From: Chiloscyllium plagiosum
Taxonomy: Eukaryota
Direction of reading: 5' to 3'
Assembly: GCF_004010195.1 (NCBI RefSeq)
Contig: NC_057753.1
Span: 2,129,243 to 2,193,242, forward strand
Length of the DNA stretch: 64,000 nt
Part shown: in pieces, positions 63,503 to 64,000 of the stretch
Layout: the number at the start of each line of letters is the position of its first letter
Position numbering within the stretch: position 1 is the stretch's first letter
The notes under the pieces: generated by a model
Told to the model about the DNA's origin: nothing
The model's input: only the letters and a program-made list of their open reading frames with translations
Databases searched by the model: none
Program-made: the position numbers and the translations under genes

Positions 63503-63518
63503 CTGGTACATCTTCCAT
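63503..63518 (-). pseudogene. Possible remnant of exon 1 of pseudogene D
   Basis: The minus strand reads atg gaa gat gta cca g|gtaatt, which resembles the family's VP+G|GTAA phase-1 donor. It is 2.2 kb from the exon 2 acceptor. Confidence 0.3.
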
Positions 63519-63810
63519 GCAAGTTTTCTATTGTGACACTATGTAGGTTTAAGCGGTGTATGTTGTCCCTTTTTTTATGAAGAGAGTTTGAGACACAAGT
63601 ACTGAGCAGTACATTCCAAGCTAATAAAATAAACAGCTTGTGACACCTTGGGTTTTTCTGTTAGTTGAAATAATAGAAGCAGCAAATATTGCGAATAATC
63701 TCAGTTTTAGCTGTTAGCAGTTGCTGGTGTTTCTCTCCCAAAAGAGAGAGCGAGAGAGAGAGAGAGAGCTGTTATCCTTGGATGTGGTTCAGTAAACATC
63801 AGCTCAAGAA

Positions 63811-64000
63811 TTGTCCAGGCAGATAGTCGTACGGCATGGAATCAGACCCTTCAGTAAAACTCAACCAGATATCCCAATCTGATCAAGTCCCACTTGCCAG
63901 TTCTGGCCCACATTCCACAAAGCCCTTCCTTTCATATACCATCCTGATGCCTTTTAAATGTTGCATTTGCACTCTTCTACATCACTTCCTCTAACAGCTC
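63811..64000 (-). mobile_element. CR1 LINE 3' end, running off the window
   Basis: The reverse complement matches the CR1 3' terminus seen at 16100-16280 (acatttaaaaggcat...ggcaagtgggac...gggatatctgg). Confidence 0.75.

Noticed and set aside
63640..63810. Possible LTR start (tgtgac...) with (GA)n
   Set aside because: It is too short and has no second boundary to support a call.
1..64000. Prokaryotic systems (CRISPR arrays, operons, retrons)
   Set aside because: There are no regularly spaced repeat-spacer arrays or dense ORFs, and all RT and nuclease motifs belong to eukaryotic retroelements.

Overview
This is eukaryotic vertebrate DNA, almost certainly from a shark (inferred from HE1-type SINEs with (TAATC)n tails, abundant CR1 LINEs and Penelope-like elements), and mostly repeat debris. 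The host content is a tandem cluster of two-exon class A GPCR genes of the GPR139/GPR142-like family. Two are intact 324-aa paralogs: join 10560..10629,12812..13716 and join 40391..40460,42487..43391. A deleted pseudogene lies between them (25894..27430), and an older, divergent pseudogene lies on the minus strand (60497..61277). The three plus-strand copies sit in duplicated units (about 8.9-24.9, 24.95-33.45 and 39.1-57.4 kb) whose shared and private insertions let the duplication history be read directly. Both intact genes carry an E-box plus an adjacent homeodomain/EBF-like motif ending 71 bp upstream of the ATG. This resembles olfactory-receptor regulatory elements and is deleted in the pseudogene. 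Other highlights are a Gmr1-type Ty3/Gypsy element with IN-RT-RH order, several Penelope-like elements carrying minimal hammerhead ribozymes, and a 2.64 kb palindrome whose 801-bp arms include about 340 bp of non-element DNA. All alignments and counts were made by eye, and repeat boundaries are approximate.
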